Translations under genes and position numbers: made by a program
NCBI GenBank assembly: GCA_964016885.1
Contig: OZ024742.1
Coordinates: 280,550,001 to 280,614,000, forward strand
From: Eledone cirrhosa
Lineage: Eukaryota
Length of the DNA stretch: 64,000 bases
Direction: 5' to 3'
Shown: in pieces, positions 17,217-31,031 of the stretch
Layout of the letters: each line of letters starts with the position of its first letter
Numbering within the stretch: position 1 is the first letter of the stretch
The notes under the pieces: model-generated
The model's database searches: none
What the model was told of the DNA's origin: nothing
What the model saw: the letters and a program-made list of their open reading frames with translations, nothing else

Positions 17217-18059
17217 GCGGGTGAGTTATCATCTTACCCTCCTGCGCACTCCGAAGAAATGACACGAAGAAAGGAAATGTCCTACGGAGTTCTTAACTAA
17301 ATCTGTAAATTCTATGTACATTTACGTTACCTAATATTATATGAGCATCGCATCCGAATGAGATTTGTTTTATCGAAATTGAACAATACTAAAACTGAAA
17401 CCAAAGCCGTCACTCGAAATCGTGTATGACGGAGTCGTATTAGCCTTGACACGTTAAGGGTTTTAGGTGCCCATGCATTCGGGAAAATACACTTACACAC
17501 TCCCGACTTTCTCTCTTTTGACATAGCTAAACAAACAAGATGTAACAGTTGGAAGGATAGAAGGCTGCAGAAATGATGGAAGGCAAATTAAATCTCAGAA
17601 GGCAGATATTTGAAACAAGAACATGACGCTCTAAATATTGTGATAAATCAATTGCCCTCTCAATACTAAAATAGCGTCACATACTGTATTTTATTGAAAG
17701 TGTTCGTAGTTAAGGTTTTCAGACAATTTTGAAAAACCGGACTTAAGAAATATACTACAAAAGTGTGTATTTTATAGTCTGGATTTGATTGAAGTAAAAG
17801 TATCTCATTACCGTTGTATTCAAAATAAGAGTAGACAACTGAATGGGTAGATAATACTTTTAGGAAAAGGAAGTAAAGTATACGAGAAAAAAAGGAAGAT
17901 AAGAAAGAAATTAGGGTATCATAGTTATATTGAAAAATAAAAGAAATACTACACAAAATATACAAAACAATTTGAGTGTAAAGAAAAAGAAATTTAGCCG
18001 GCGTTAATATAAGAGATAAACATAATCAAGTTAAAACGGTAGTGTGGCAGAAGGTAAAT

Positions 18060-18238
18060 ATTGTTTCTACTTTTGGCAAAAGGCCAGCAATTATCCAGTG
18101 TATTACTGGTACTTTATTTTATCGACCCTGTAATGATGAAAGGCAAAGTTAACCTCGGCGGGATTTGAACTCAGATCATAAAGGGAGGTAACTCAATGCT
18201 TCAAAGCATGGCGTCCGAGCCTCTACCGATACTGCCAA
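18060..18238 (-). mobile_element. tRNA-derived SINE, about 180-bp family
   Basis: Minus strand: A-box tggcagtatcggtag, B-box gagttcaaatccc, central gcctttcatc..gggtcgataaaataaagtaccag, ending agaaacaat. Many copies in the window. Confidence 0.85.
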
Positions 18239-18364
18239 ACAACGTATATATGGTGCGTTATGGTCCACCAGGTTCCTTACCACACTTCTCGACAAGTGTG
18301 AAAGAGGTGATTCTTTGCATAAACGTTAATCTGTTATTTTAATAAATACATATTTATATATTCA

Positions 18365-18512
18365 ATGATATTAAACAAATGGAAACTATATTTATAAAAC
18401 CATATTTATTCTATTATATATATGTCAAGGGTACCAAATCTTTGGTACGCTCTCATCAGATAAAGTACAGAGTTTGTTTAATAAATATAGTTTCCATTTA
18501 TTTAATATCATT
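18365..18512. repeat. Fold-back repeat related to 59776-60078
   Basis: gatattaaacaaatggaaactatatttat pairs with ataaatatagtttccatttatttaatatc. CTGATGA on the - strand. Confidence 0.6.
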
Positions 18513-18600
18513 GAATATTATACCCCAGAAAACTTTTCGAGGGCTTCGAATCAGTTATAAACATATATAAGAATTACCCACAAATTAACTATCCCTTTTG

Positions 18601-19388
<788 letters not shown>

Positions 19389-19849
19389 AATTTATATTTG
19401 TATATACACATAATGGAGATAACCGCGACTGTATAGATGTACTCATTTCGTGTATAGACCTGTAAAGATGCCGAACACATAATTCCCTGTACATTATTAA
19501 AAAATGATGAATATAAATATGAATATATATTTATGTATATATATATATACATATACATATATATATATATGTGTGTGTGTGAGTATGTGAGTGTGTGTGT
19601 GTGTGTGTGCGTGTGTGATGACATGTGCGCGTGTCTCTGTGTGTGTGCGTGTATATGCTCTTGAGAATAAAGTCAATGTGATTAACCTTCCGTCAGAAGG
19701 TAAATAATTATAAAGTAATTACTTAGAGGTGTGCCGACCGGATAATAATAATTCAATCGCATCAAAACATGCCTAGCTAATGAAGTATGCACGCACAATA
19801 ACATATATATATACATATATATATAAATACATATATATATATATATATG

Positions 19850-21019
19850 TAGGATAGAAGAAAGGAAAGGCACAGAAACGAAGAAAGGAATCCTTTGATA
19901 TTTTAATTATTTTGGTGTTGGCCTCGATGCCGGCGAGGACGGCAGCCAGTAGCCAGGGAATGTTGATAGCCGATGGAACGTGGGTCACCCTGATCTTCAC
20001 CAGTCTCTGGCCACAATAGTTTGAGACGAGTGTGAAGTCGTCGCTTCTTAATGGGGCCATGGAGTTCTCTCTGGCCTCCTGTGGTGTTCCAAAGAACACG
20101 TCCACGGTTCCATATTTCTGCCCACGTCTGATGTGGGGTTTTTTTCGCCAACACATGCCCAAAGCTTTTGGGATTTGGGGCTCGAATGCCCGTTCCACTC
20201 GGCGCAATTTTGTGTTAAACGTCCGATAAGACACGGTGCAAAGGCGCCGATGCTCCATTTTATTAGGTGTGTGTGTGGGGGCGGTGTTAGGCTGACCCTG
20301 TACCCATCTTTCTTTACCATTCTCTTGGTTTCATTTAATTCCTCCTGAGTTACCTCGATTTTTTTTTGCATCTCTTCGCTGCTTTTGCAAACGACACGTT
20401 TGCGGTGGTGTTGATGTTTCTGTTGTTATTCTCATTGTTGTTGTTGCTGTTGTTATTGTTATTTTTGTTATTGTTATTTTTAGTTTCAGTTGTGATGGTG
20501 GTGGCGTCAGTGGTGTTCGGTGTGGAAGAGTTGATTCTGGATGAATCCATTTCGATGTCAAGAGATAATATTTTTTTTTCTTTTGTTTATGTTGTCGCTG
20601 TGGTGGTGGGAGGAGTAGCTGCTTTAACACCTGCAGCTTTTGGTAATGGCGGGAAATGAATGTCTGCATGAGACAAATTTAAATTGTTGCTACTGCTTAT
20701 ATTTTTAGTAGTAAACGTAGTAATACTTACAATGGTGGTGTTGGTGTGAGGTGTTAGTTTGTGAGGAAGGCTGTCAGCATGGTGCGGCTGTGAGTCGTCC
20801 ATGATTTTTTCAAAGACATTTTTTTTTGTTTGATAATTATAAAAGTTTAAATTTTGGGATCAATGCCCCAATCTTTTTTACTGTCTTTTTACGAAAGAAA
20901 TATATGTGAACTTATAAACACTTAACAACAAAAATTTTCCATAAATGGCAATTTGAAAAAACTGAAAACAACAAACCTTTCCGGGGTTCACGATAATGCG
21001 ATTTCCTACGTAGGTCGCC

Positions 21020-21020
<1 letters not shown>
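19850..21020 (-). mobile_element. Probable 5' part (UTR and frameshifted ORF1) of a LINE
   Basis: Overlapping minus-strand ORFs from ATG 20802: a low-complexity N-terminus, a SFAKAAK motif, then HIRRGQKYGTVDVFF..LVKIRVTHVP. ORF1 identity is inferred. Confidence 0.45.
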
Positions 21021-21063
<43 letters not shown>

Positions 21064-21067
<4 letters not shown>

Positions 21068-21245
21068 TGTTTCTACTTTGGGCATAAGGCCAGCAATTAC
21101 TCAATACATTACTGGTACTTTATTTTATCGACACCGTAAGAATGAAAGGCAAAGTTAACCTCGGCTGGATTTGAACTTAGAATGGTAAGGGCCGTAACTC
21201 TAAACGTCAAAGCATGGCGTCCGGCCCTCTAATGATACTGACAAA
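21064..21245 (-). mobile_element. tRNA-derived SINE with (TTA)n tail
   Basis: Full-length copy of the 18060 family. Confidence 0.85.
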
Positions 21246-21282
21246 CCAATCTTTATAATAATAATAATATTAATAATAATAA

Positions 21283-21463
21283 TAATTGTTTCTACTTTTG
21301 GCACAAGGCCAGCAATTACCCAGTACATTATTGGTACTTTATTTTATCGACCCCATAAGGATGAAAGGCAAAGTTAACCTCGGCGGGATTTGAACTCAGA
21401 ATGGCAAGGGCCGTAACTCTATGCGTCAAAGCATGGCGTCCAACCCTCTACCGATACTGCCAA
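21283..21463 (-). mobile_element. tRNA-derived SINE with (TTA)n tail
   Basis: Second tandem copy of the same family. Confidence 0.85.
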
Positions 21464-21515
21464 TTCACCGAATAATAATAATAATAATAATAATAATAAG
21501 AAGAAGAAGAAGAAG

Positions 21516-24500
21516 AATTGAATAGAACTGTTATGCAATGTTACCTGAAAAGTAACCCCAAGGAGAGGGGCTACAGGAGACGGATGCATAACATCTGGAA
21601 CGAGATTGGTCTATTTAAATTAGATGAACAAAAATTGGCTGGGCAGGCTCGGGTAATAAGAACTAACGGGTGGATAAGCGAGCTGGAACTGGAGGAACTG
21701 AGCAGAGAGAATAGCTTGGAGATGGAGGGTGTAGTATGCCAGACAAACGAGCCAGTGGGAAATGAAGGTGAAGAGGTCGAGAGAACGGAGGAACCACCCG
21801 AAGCAGACAATGATCTGAACACTAAGATAAATAATACCTGGAACAGAGATACGGCCACTGAGGAGATGAATGCTGACGGGCTAGGACAAGATTCGGTTGA
21901 CATCCTAAATTTAGTGGTAGATGAATTGAACAATGATAGTGGGAGACCTATGAACCTAAGATTTGTAGACAGGAAAAAGTTAAAAGAAACAACAGCTAAG
22001 GTAAACAAAGTCATCCCATACCTTGAGGCGATGAGCCTTCACCAGTGCAACAATATCCTCAAAGCAACAGCAAATACGGTGAGGAAACTACTTGGTATAA
22101 AAGCGAGAGGAAACAACAAACAAGAAAGAGCAGAGCCTTGGTGGAAGAAACGACTGAGTGGTCAAATCAGGGAAATGAGAAATGACATAGGAAAGCTTGA
22201 GTCACTACTGAATGGGACACTAAAAAACATAGGCACTAAAAATAGACTGGAAATAAAGAACAAAACTAGGAGGAAAAAGCTAAATATTATCATAGAGGAA
22301 CTGAAGCAACGCATTGTAGCAAAGAGTGCAAAAATCAGGCGATACGAGAACAGAGTCAGTCAGTATAAACAGAACCGCATGTTCGACAACAACCAGAAGA
22401 TGCTGTTTGGACAGCTTGAGGGGAAAGAAAGAGGCAACGACGTGATCCCCGAGGCGGAACAAACTAAAATATTCTGAAGAGGAATATGGGAGAAGGATGT
22501 TAGACATAATGACCAGGCAGGGTGGATTGAGACAGTACAGAGGTAGATCGGTGAGAAGGCACACCAAAAAACTGATTTGAGTATCACAGTTGAAACTCTT
22601 AAGGGGCAGGCAAAAAAACTAACCAACTGGAAATCAGCAGGCCCAGATGGTGTGCAGGGGTATTGGATTAAAAATTTAACATCCCTCTACCCAAAACTGA
22701 CGGCCATGTTCAATGACTGCTTGGTGTCGGGTGAGGTGCCAGAGTGGTTGACAAAAGGTACCACAGTTCTGATAATGAAAGACCGAATCAAGGGTAATGA
22801 TGTTACCAACTATAGACCTATCACATGTCTGTCCGTAATGTGGAAACTTTTGACGAGCATTGTGTCCGAGGAAATCTACCATCACCTCCACACAAACAAC
22901 TTGTTACCGGACGAACAGAAAGGATGCCGAAAGAAGTCACGTGGTACAAAGTACCAGTTACTTATTGATAAGATGGTAATGGGGAATTGCAGGAGGAGAC
23001 ACACTGATCTTGTCATGGGATGGATAGACTACAGAAAGGCATTTGACATGGTGCCTCACTCTTGGATCACAAAAAGCCTGGAGATCTTCAATGTGGCAGA
23101 TAACATCAGACAGTTGCTGGGCAGGAGTATGGGGTCCTGGGAGATAAAGTTGACATCAACTGGAGAATCCTTGGGAAGCGTGAAGATCAAGAGAGGTATC
23201 TCCCAGGGAGATAGCCTCTCCCCTCTGTTGTTTGTCCTTGCCCTGATGCCCTTGAACATTATGCTGCGAAAAGTGAGAGCAGGATACAAGTTGGGAAAGG
23301 GAGAGCTTACCATCAATCACCTCCTCTTCATGGACGATCTTAAGGTCTTCGGGAAGAGTGAGAAGGAGTTGGATGTGCTTGTTGACACTGTGCGTATTTT
23401 CAGCAGTGATATATGTATGCAGTTTGATATTAGTAAGTGTGGAGTCATTGTGATGAGGAGGGGTAGGCTTAGCAGAAGTAACGGAATCCAGATACCAACA
23501 GGTGAGATGATAAAGGAAATTGACTCTGAGGAACGATACAAGTATTTGGGCGTTCTGGAGTCTGATGGCATAAAGAACAAAAAATTGAAGGAATTGTTAA
23601 GAACTGAATACATTCGGAGAGTAAGGAGCGTATTGAAGTCACATCTGAACAGCAGAAATGCCATAAGCGCAGAAAATTTTCGAGCTGTGTCTATTATTAG
23701 GTACAGTGCGGGAATTCTGAGATGGGATGTTGCTGAACATAAAAAAAATGGATAGGAAGACTAGGAAGCTATTGACTATTTTCAACATGTTCTACAAGAG
23801 GAGTGATGTCGATAGACTCTACCTAAGGAGATCTGAGGGTGGAAGAGGTCTTATCAGCATAGAGGACTGTGTTCAGATGGAGAAAAACAACCTATACAAA
23901 TACGTGACTGATAGTAAGGAGCCAATGCTCAGAACTGTTCTGAAGGAGGGGACAGTAGGCCAGGGGATGTCCAAGGAGGAAATAACATCAAGGAGAAAGA
24001 GCAGCCTTCAGGGAAAATCACTTCATAGTACCTTCTTTGAGAAAACTGAATTTAAAGATACACAGACATGGAACTGGTTGAGAAGAGGAGACCTCAAAAA
24101 GGCTACAGAAGGAATGTTAATGGCTGCGCAGGAGCAGGCCCTCAAAACGAAGTGGTTGAAACACCATATTTACAAGGAGGAGGCTAGCCCACTGTGCAGG
24201 ATCTGTGGAGAGAGAGAGGAGACTGTGGCTCACATTGTATCCGAGTGTAAACACCTAGCCCATACCCGCTATAAGGGCTGGAGACATGATGTGATGGGCA
24301 GGGTGATCCACTGGCACCTGTGCAAAGTAAACAGTTTACCACATCCTGAGATATGGTATGAGCATAGGCCAGAGGCGGTGATGGAGAACGATCAGGTGAA
24401 GGTGCTGTGGGATTTTAGGATACAGACGGACAAGAAACTGGAACACAATAGACCTGACCTGGTGGTTGCGGACAAAGAAAAAAGAGCGTGTCTGATTGTA

Positions 24501-24848
24501 GATGTGGCCTGCCCATTCGACACGAGAGTGCAAGAGAAGGAGAGGGAGAAAATTAACCGATACCAGGACTTAAAGTGGGTGGTAAAAAGGATTTGGAACT
24601 GCCATGAAGTCAAAGTGATCCCGATTGTCATAGGCGTACTGGGGACTATCTCCAAAAGTTTCCAGGGATGGTTAAAGAAAATCGGCCCCTTCACGCTTTT
24701 TAGAACGCTTCAAAAGGCATGCTTGCTAGGAACAGCAAGAACCCTCCGATACGTCCTGAATATCTGAGGCTGCAGGTAGTGGCGTGATATTCATTCCAAC
24801 GGACTTTCCAGTTAACCAACATCAATGACAGATTCAAGGAATAATAAT

Positions 24849-24908
<60 letters not shown>
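21516..24908 (+). mobile_element. R4/Dong non-LTR retrotransposon, family A, 5'-truncated and inactivated
   Basis: RT ([29 protein letters not shown]), CCHC knuckle (CRICGE..HIVSEC) and restriction-like endonuclease (RHD, RPDLV..DVACP, K..RY). Stops at 22475 and about 22545, frameshift at about 23745, (TAA)n tail. Confidence 0.95.
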
Positions 24909-24910
<2 letters not shown>

Positions 24911-25201
24911 ATTGTGAAATAACAATTCTTAGTACAAATGTTGCATAAACCACCGAGTCAAGTCCCATAAAATTTCGGATCCATATTATATTGTTATATC
25001 GCTCAAATATTCAATTTTGTATTATATATTTTGAATTCAAAAAAGAAAATGGTTATAAATGGAAGAAAACACCATCTGTCTACACTATATAGAACAGCCA
25101 AATAACAGCAATTTCACCAACACCAGAAACTTGATAAACCACCTACCCCATCACACTAAAAATAACAGCCAGATAACGGCAATTTCACCACCACCACCAC
25201 C

Positions 25202-28032
25202 ACATAGAAATTTTCACAAACTATAAAGTAGGTGAACATGTTAAACAAACTAAACTTAGAAAACTGAAAAAAAAGTACAGTATAAAATCAACAAGTTACA
25301 TAGACATGCTGATAGAAATAATCAAACAAAAAGTGTCTGCCAAAGCTGCTCGTATAAGGCGCTTTGAATAACAATCTAGATTATATAAGGACAATAATAT
25401 GTTCAAAAACAACCAAAGAAACTTCTACAGAAAAATTGGTAAGTCAACAATAGCTGCTAAATCAATACCACCCAAGGAGGAAGTGCAAGAATTCTGGGAA
25501 AAGATCTGGGCCGAAAAAAAAGTTCATAACATACATGCCCCATGGATAGACAGACAAATGAAAGATACAGCTCACCTTGAGGAACAAATATGGGAAAATA
25601 TAACAGTTGAACAGTTGCGCTTGGCTCTAAGAAAAACCAGAAAATGGAAATCCCCAGGAAAAGACAAAATACAAAACTTTTGGATAAATGCCTTCACAGA
25701 GTCTCATGAGCTGTTAGCCCAACTTTACAATGAAATTAAGGAGCCAGAAAAGATACCATCATGGCTAGTTAACGGCATTACATTCCTGCTTCCGAAGAAT
25801 GATGAGATAAACAAGCCCAAAAATTACAGACCGATAACTTGCTTGACCACAATGTATAACATTTTAACATCAGTCCTAACTGAATACACATATGACCACC
25901 TGATAACAAATGACCTATTTCCCATTGAGCAGAAAGGGTGTAAACGAGGCTCATATGGCTGTAAGGATCAGCTTCTGGTTAAGAAAATGATACTGGAAGA
26001 TTGTCATAATAGACACAAACATGTATCGATTGCTTGGATAGATTATAAAAAAGCATTCGATAGTTTGCCACACAGTTGGATTGAAAAATGTTTAGAGATT
26101 TTCAAAATATCCCCCTTTGTCAGGAGGTTTTTGTCATTCAGTATGAAGACATGGAAAACGACACTCCTTTTGAATAGTGAAACAAAATCACTGGAAGCTG
26201 GAGAAGTTAATATTAATTGTGGAATTTTTCAAGGTGACTCTTTAACACCGCTTTTATTCTGCATCGCACTTATACCATTAAGTAAAATGCTCAATGAAAC
26301 AAAACATGGATATAAAGTCTATGACAAAACCATTAATCACTTGTTCTACATGGATGACCTGAAACTATTTGCAAAAAATGATGAACAATTGCTGTGGAGC
26401 AGTTCAGTGATGACATTAAAATGGAGTTTGGACTAGACAAATGCGCCAAAGCAACGTTCACCAGAGGAAAGCTGCTGAAGTGTTCAGACATTAATCTTGA
26501 TCGGGGGAACGTGATAAGAGAACTTGATCAAGAAAAAACTTGTTTGTGAAGGAGACGGAATCAAGCACTCGACAATGAGGGAAAGGATAAGGAAGGCATG
26601 TTACCGCAGAGTAAGAGCAATCTTAAGAACGGAATTGAATGCAAGGAATAGGATCGATGCCATAAACACGCTTGCCATACCAGTAGTAACCTACAATTAC
26701 AATGTCATCAACTGGTCAAGCACAGAGATCCGTAGGCTCGATACAAAAATTCGAAAACTCTTAACCATGCACAGAATGCATCACCCTAAGGCAGATATAG
26801 ATAGAATATATCTCCCTAGGAAAGAAGGAGGACGTGGGATAATCCAGTTAGACATTGCGTTGAAAACTGCAACAATTGGATTATCTACATATCTAAGGGA
26901 ATCACATGATTGGATGATCAAACTCGTTTTGAAACACGAAAGCATCAAAAGATCATATTCCATTACAAAAGATGCACAAAGATACAGTAATGGACTACAG
27001 ATTTCAGAAGTCCCATTTACTGCTGAAATGGAAAACACAGAAAAAGCAAAGCAGGTAAAAGTAACTGCAAAGAAAGAACTGCTACAGAAACTGGCTAAGA
27101 AATGGCAAGAAAAGCCTCTGTATGGAAAATACCCAGAGCGAGCTAACAATCCTGATGTTGACAAAACTTTAACCCATCAGTGGTTGGCATCCTCTGGACT
27201 GAAATCGGAAACTGAAGGACTGATTATATCAGCACAAGATCAGTGTGTGCCAACAAAAAATTACCAAGCCAACATCATAAAAACTGGATGCAGCCCATTA
27301 TGCCGTGTATGCAAAAAACAACCAGAGACCATTGACCATATAATTTCAATGTGCAGTCCTATAGCTCCAACCGAATACCTAAACAGGCATGACAGAGCTG
27401 CACAATACATACATTGGATAATGTGTAAGCATTTTGACCTGCCCCATCAAAAGAATTGGTGGGAGCATCAACCACCTCCCATACTTGAAAAAGATCACAT
27501 CTCAATCTTGTGGAATTTAGCATCCAAACAGACCGAAAAATAGATGCAAATAGACCTGATATAATATTGAATGACTTTAAAAAGAGGGTATGCCTGCTAA
27601 TTGATATGTCTGTTCCAATAGACAAGAATGTATCTATAAAAACATTTGAAAAATTGAGCAAGTATAAGGACCTGGAGATAGAAATTGGAAAAATGTGGAA
27701 ATTGAGAACTAAAACAATACCAGTGGTTGTTGGCGCTCTGGGAATGATACCTAAGGGGTCTAATGATTACTTATCGCAAATCCCAGGAAACCCGCGTATA
27801 GGAGAAATACAAAAGATAGTACTAATGGGAACTGCCCATATACTAAGGACGATTCTGTCAATATAAGTACATCACAAGACTAAACACTAAAGATGCATGT
27901 GTGAGTATGTATGTTCTTTCTTGAACATGGCGGACCTTGTTGTCTCTTGAGGTCACTGGTTGTCACTTGGTGATAACTCGTATGAACATAAAGCAAGATA
28001 AATGCAACTGTAATAATAATAATAATAATAAT
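25202..28032 (+). mobile_element. R4/Dong family B, 5'-deleted duplicate of 32168-34998
   Basis: ORFs are identical to those 6966 bp downstream except KACY versus KECY, and carry the same lesions. (TAA)n tail. Confidence 0.95.
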
Positions 28033-30078
28033 TTACCAACTATAGACCTATCACATGTCTGTCCGTAATGTGGAAACTGTTGACAAGCATTATGTCTGAG
28101 GAAATCTACCATCACCTCCACACAAACAACTTGTTACCGGACGAACAGAAAGGATGCCGAAAGAAGTCCCTTGGTACAAAGGACCAGTTACTTATTGATA
28201 AGATCGTAATGAGGAATTGGAAGAGGAGACACACTGGTCTTGCCATGGGATGGATAGACTACAAAAAGGCATTTGACATGGTGCTTCATTCTTGGATCAC
28301 CAAAAGACTGGAGACTTTCAAGGTGGCAGATAATATCAGACAGTTGTTGGGCAAAAGTATGAAGTCCTGGGAAACAGAGTTAACATCAGCTGGAGAATCC
28401 TTGGGAGGCGTGAAGATCAAGAGAGGTATCTTCCAGGGAGATAGTCTGTCCCCTCTGTTGTTTGTCCTTGCCCTGATGTCCCTGACCATTATACTGCGAA
28501 AAGTGAGAGCAGGTACAAGTTGGGAAAGGGAGAGCTTACCATCAATCACCTCCTATTCATGGAAGATCTTAAGCTCTTCGGGAAGTGCGAGAAGGAGTTG
28601 GATGTGCTTGTTGACACTGTCCGTATTTTCAGCAATGATATATGTATGCAATTTGGTATTAGTAAGTGTGGAGTCATTGTGATGAAGATGGGTAAATTGA
28701 GCAGAAGCAACGGAATCTAGGTGCCAACAGGTGAGATGATAAAGGAAATTGACACTGAAGAAGAATACAAGTATTTGGGTATTCTGGAGGCTGATGACAT
28801 CAAGAATAAAAAAATGAAGGAATTATTAAGATCTGAATACATTCGGAGAGAAAGGAGCGATTTAAAGTCACATCTGAACAGTAGGAATGTCATAAGTGCA
28901 GTAAATTCCCGAGCTGTGGCTATTATTAGGTACAGTGCGGGAATTCTGACATGGAATGTTGCTGTACAAAAAGAAATGGATAGGAAGACTAGGAAATTAT
29001 TGACTATCTACAACATGTTCCACAAGAGGAGTGATGTCGATAGACTCAACTTAAGGAGATCTGAAGGTGGAAGAGGACATATCAGCATAGAGGACTGTGT
29101 TCAGATGGAGAAAAACAACCTTCACAAATACGTGACTGATAGGAAGGAGCCAATGCTCAGAACTGTTCTGAAGGAGAGGACAATAGACCAGGGGATATCC
29201 AGGGAGGAAATAACAACAAGGAGCAAGAGAAGCCTTCAGGAAAAATCCCTTCATATTACCTTCTTTGAGAAAACTGAATGCAGAGATCCACAGACATGGA
29301 ACTGGTTGAAAAGAGGAGACCTTCAAAAGGCTACAGAAGGAATGTTAATGGCTGCGCAAGAGCAGGCCCTCAAAACGAAGTGGTTGAAACACCACATTTA
29401 CAAGGAGGTGGCTAGCCCACTGTGCAGGAACTGTGGAGAGAGAGAGAGGAGACTGTGGCTCACATTGTATCCGAGTGTAAACACCTAGCCCAGACTCGTT
29501 ATAAAGGCTGGAGACATGATGTGATGGGCAGGGTGATCCACTGGCACCTATGCAAAGTAAACAATTTACCACATTCTGAGAAGTGGTATGAGCATAAGCC
29601 AGAGTCGGTGATAGAAAACGATCAGGTGAAGGTGCTATGGGATTTTAGGATACAGACGGACAAGAATCTGGAACACAATAGACCTGACCTGGTGGCTGTG
29701 GACAAATAAAAAAGAGCGTGCATGATTGTGGATGTGGCCTGCCCATTCGACACGAGAGTGCAAGAGAAGGAGAGGGAGAAAATTAACCGATACCAGGACT
29801 TAAAGTGAGAGGTAAAAAGGATTTGGAACTGCCATGAAGTCAAAGTGTTCCCGATTGTCATAGGCGCACTAGGTTCTATCTCAAAAGGGTTACAGGGATG
29901 GTTAAAGAAAATTGACCCCTTCACGCTTTTCGGAACGCTTCAAAAGGCATGCTTGCTGGGAACAGCAAGAACCCTCAGATACGTCCTGAATATCTGAGGC
30001 TGCAGGTAGTGGCTTGATATTCATTCCAACGGACTTTCCAGTTAACCAACATCAATGACAGATTCAAGGAATAATAAT

Positions 30079-30135
<57 letters not shown>
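28033..30135 (+). mobile_element. R4/Dong family A, 5'-truncated, with a chimeric 3' end
   Basis: The body matches 34999-36990; the last ~45 bp and the downstream flank match the copy ending at 24840. Confidence 0.92.
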
Positions 30136-30137
<2 letters not shown>

Positions 30138-31031
30138 ATTGTGAAATAACAATTCTTAGTACAAATGTTGCATAAACCACCGAGTCAAGTCCCATAAAAT
30201 TTCGGATCCATATTATATTGTTATATCGCTCAAATATTCAATTTTGTATTATATATTTTGAATTCAAAAAAGAAAATGGTTATAAATGGAAGAAAACACC
30301 ATCTGTCTACACTATATAGAACAGCCAAATAACAGCAATTTCACCAACACCAGAAACTTGATAAACCACCTACCCCATCACACTAAAAATAACAGCCAGA
30401 TAACGGCAATTTCACCACCACCACCACCAATCCCAGCATCATAATAATAATTACTATTATTATTGTCTCAAGTTTTTTAAAAAAATGTTTAATCCCTATT
30501 TTACGGGAATATGTCAACACAATATATATTAAACATACGCGACACACACTCATATATACTACATATCACAAAACTCAGTAACATCAAAGCCGCCGCCGCC
30601 ACCACCCCACCCCATCCATCATTGCTACCACTATCCCACCACCGCCGCCACCACTCCTGCATTGCTACCACCACTATTCCCCTGTTAACTTGAGAGAGAA
30701 AGGGGAAGGTGGCGGTATCACTAGACAAGGGAGAAGCTAGCAAAATATTTAAATAGATTGACTTAGTGACCTGGCCACCGGCCAAACGTCAACATCAACA
30801 ACTATGGCACTGCTAGCTCACCCCTTCCTCACCAACAATATAAAAATCCCCAGCACAACCACCGACATAGCCAACAACAATAACAGGCAACTTCAGCAAA
30901 AAGTATATTATATTATTGTAATGCACTGGGTGATTGCTGGCCTTGTGCCTGGAGTGGAGACAATTATTAATAATTTCATTCTTAAGCCACGCAATGCTCA
31001 CAGTAAGGAACCACTCATGATAATAACAATT

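Noticed and set aside
18060-18238. tRNA genes at the A-box/B-box sites
   Set aside because: No cloverleaf; they continue into a shared SINE body.
22475-22477. TGA in the Dong ORF as programmed recoding
   Set aside because: It replaces a Trp codon (FW..IW motif) in a copy with other stops and a frameshift; ordinary decay.
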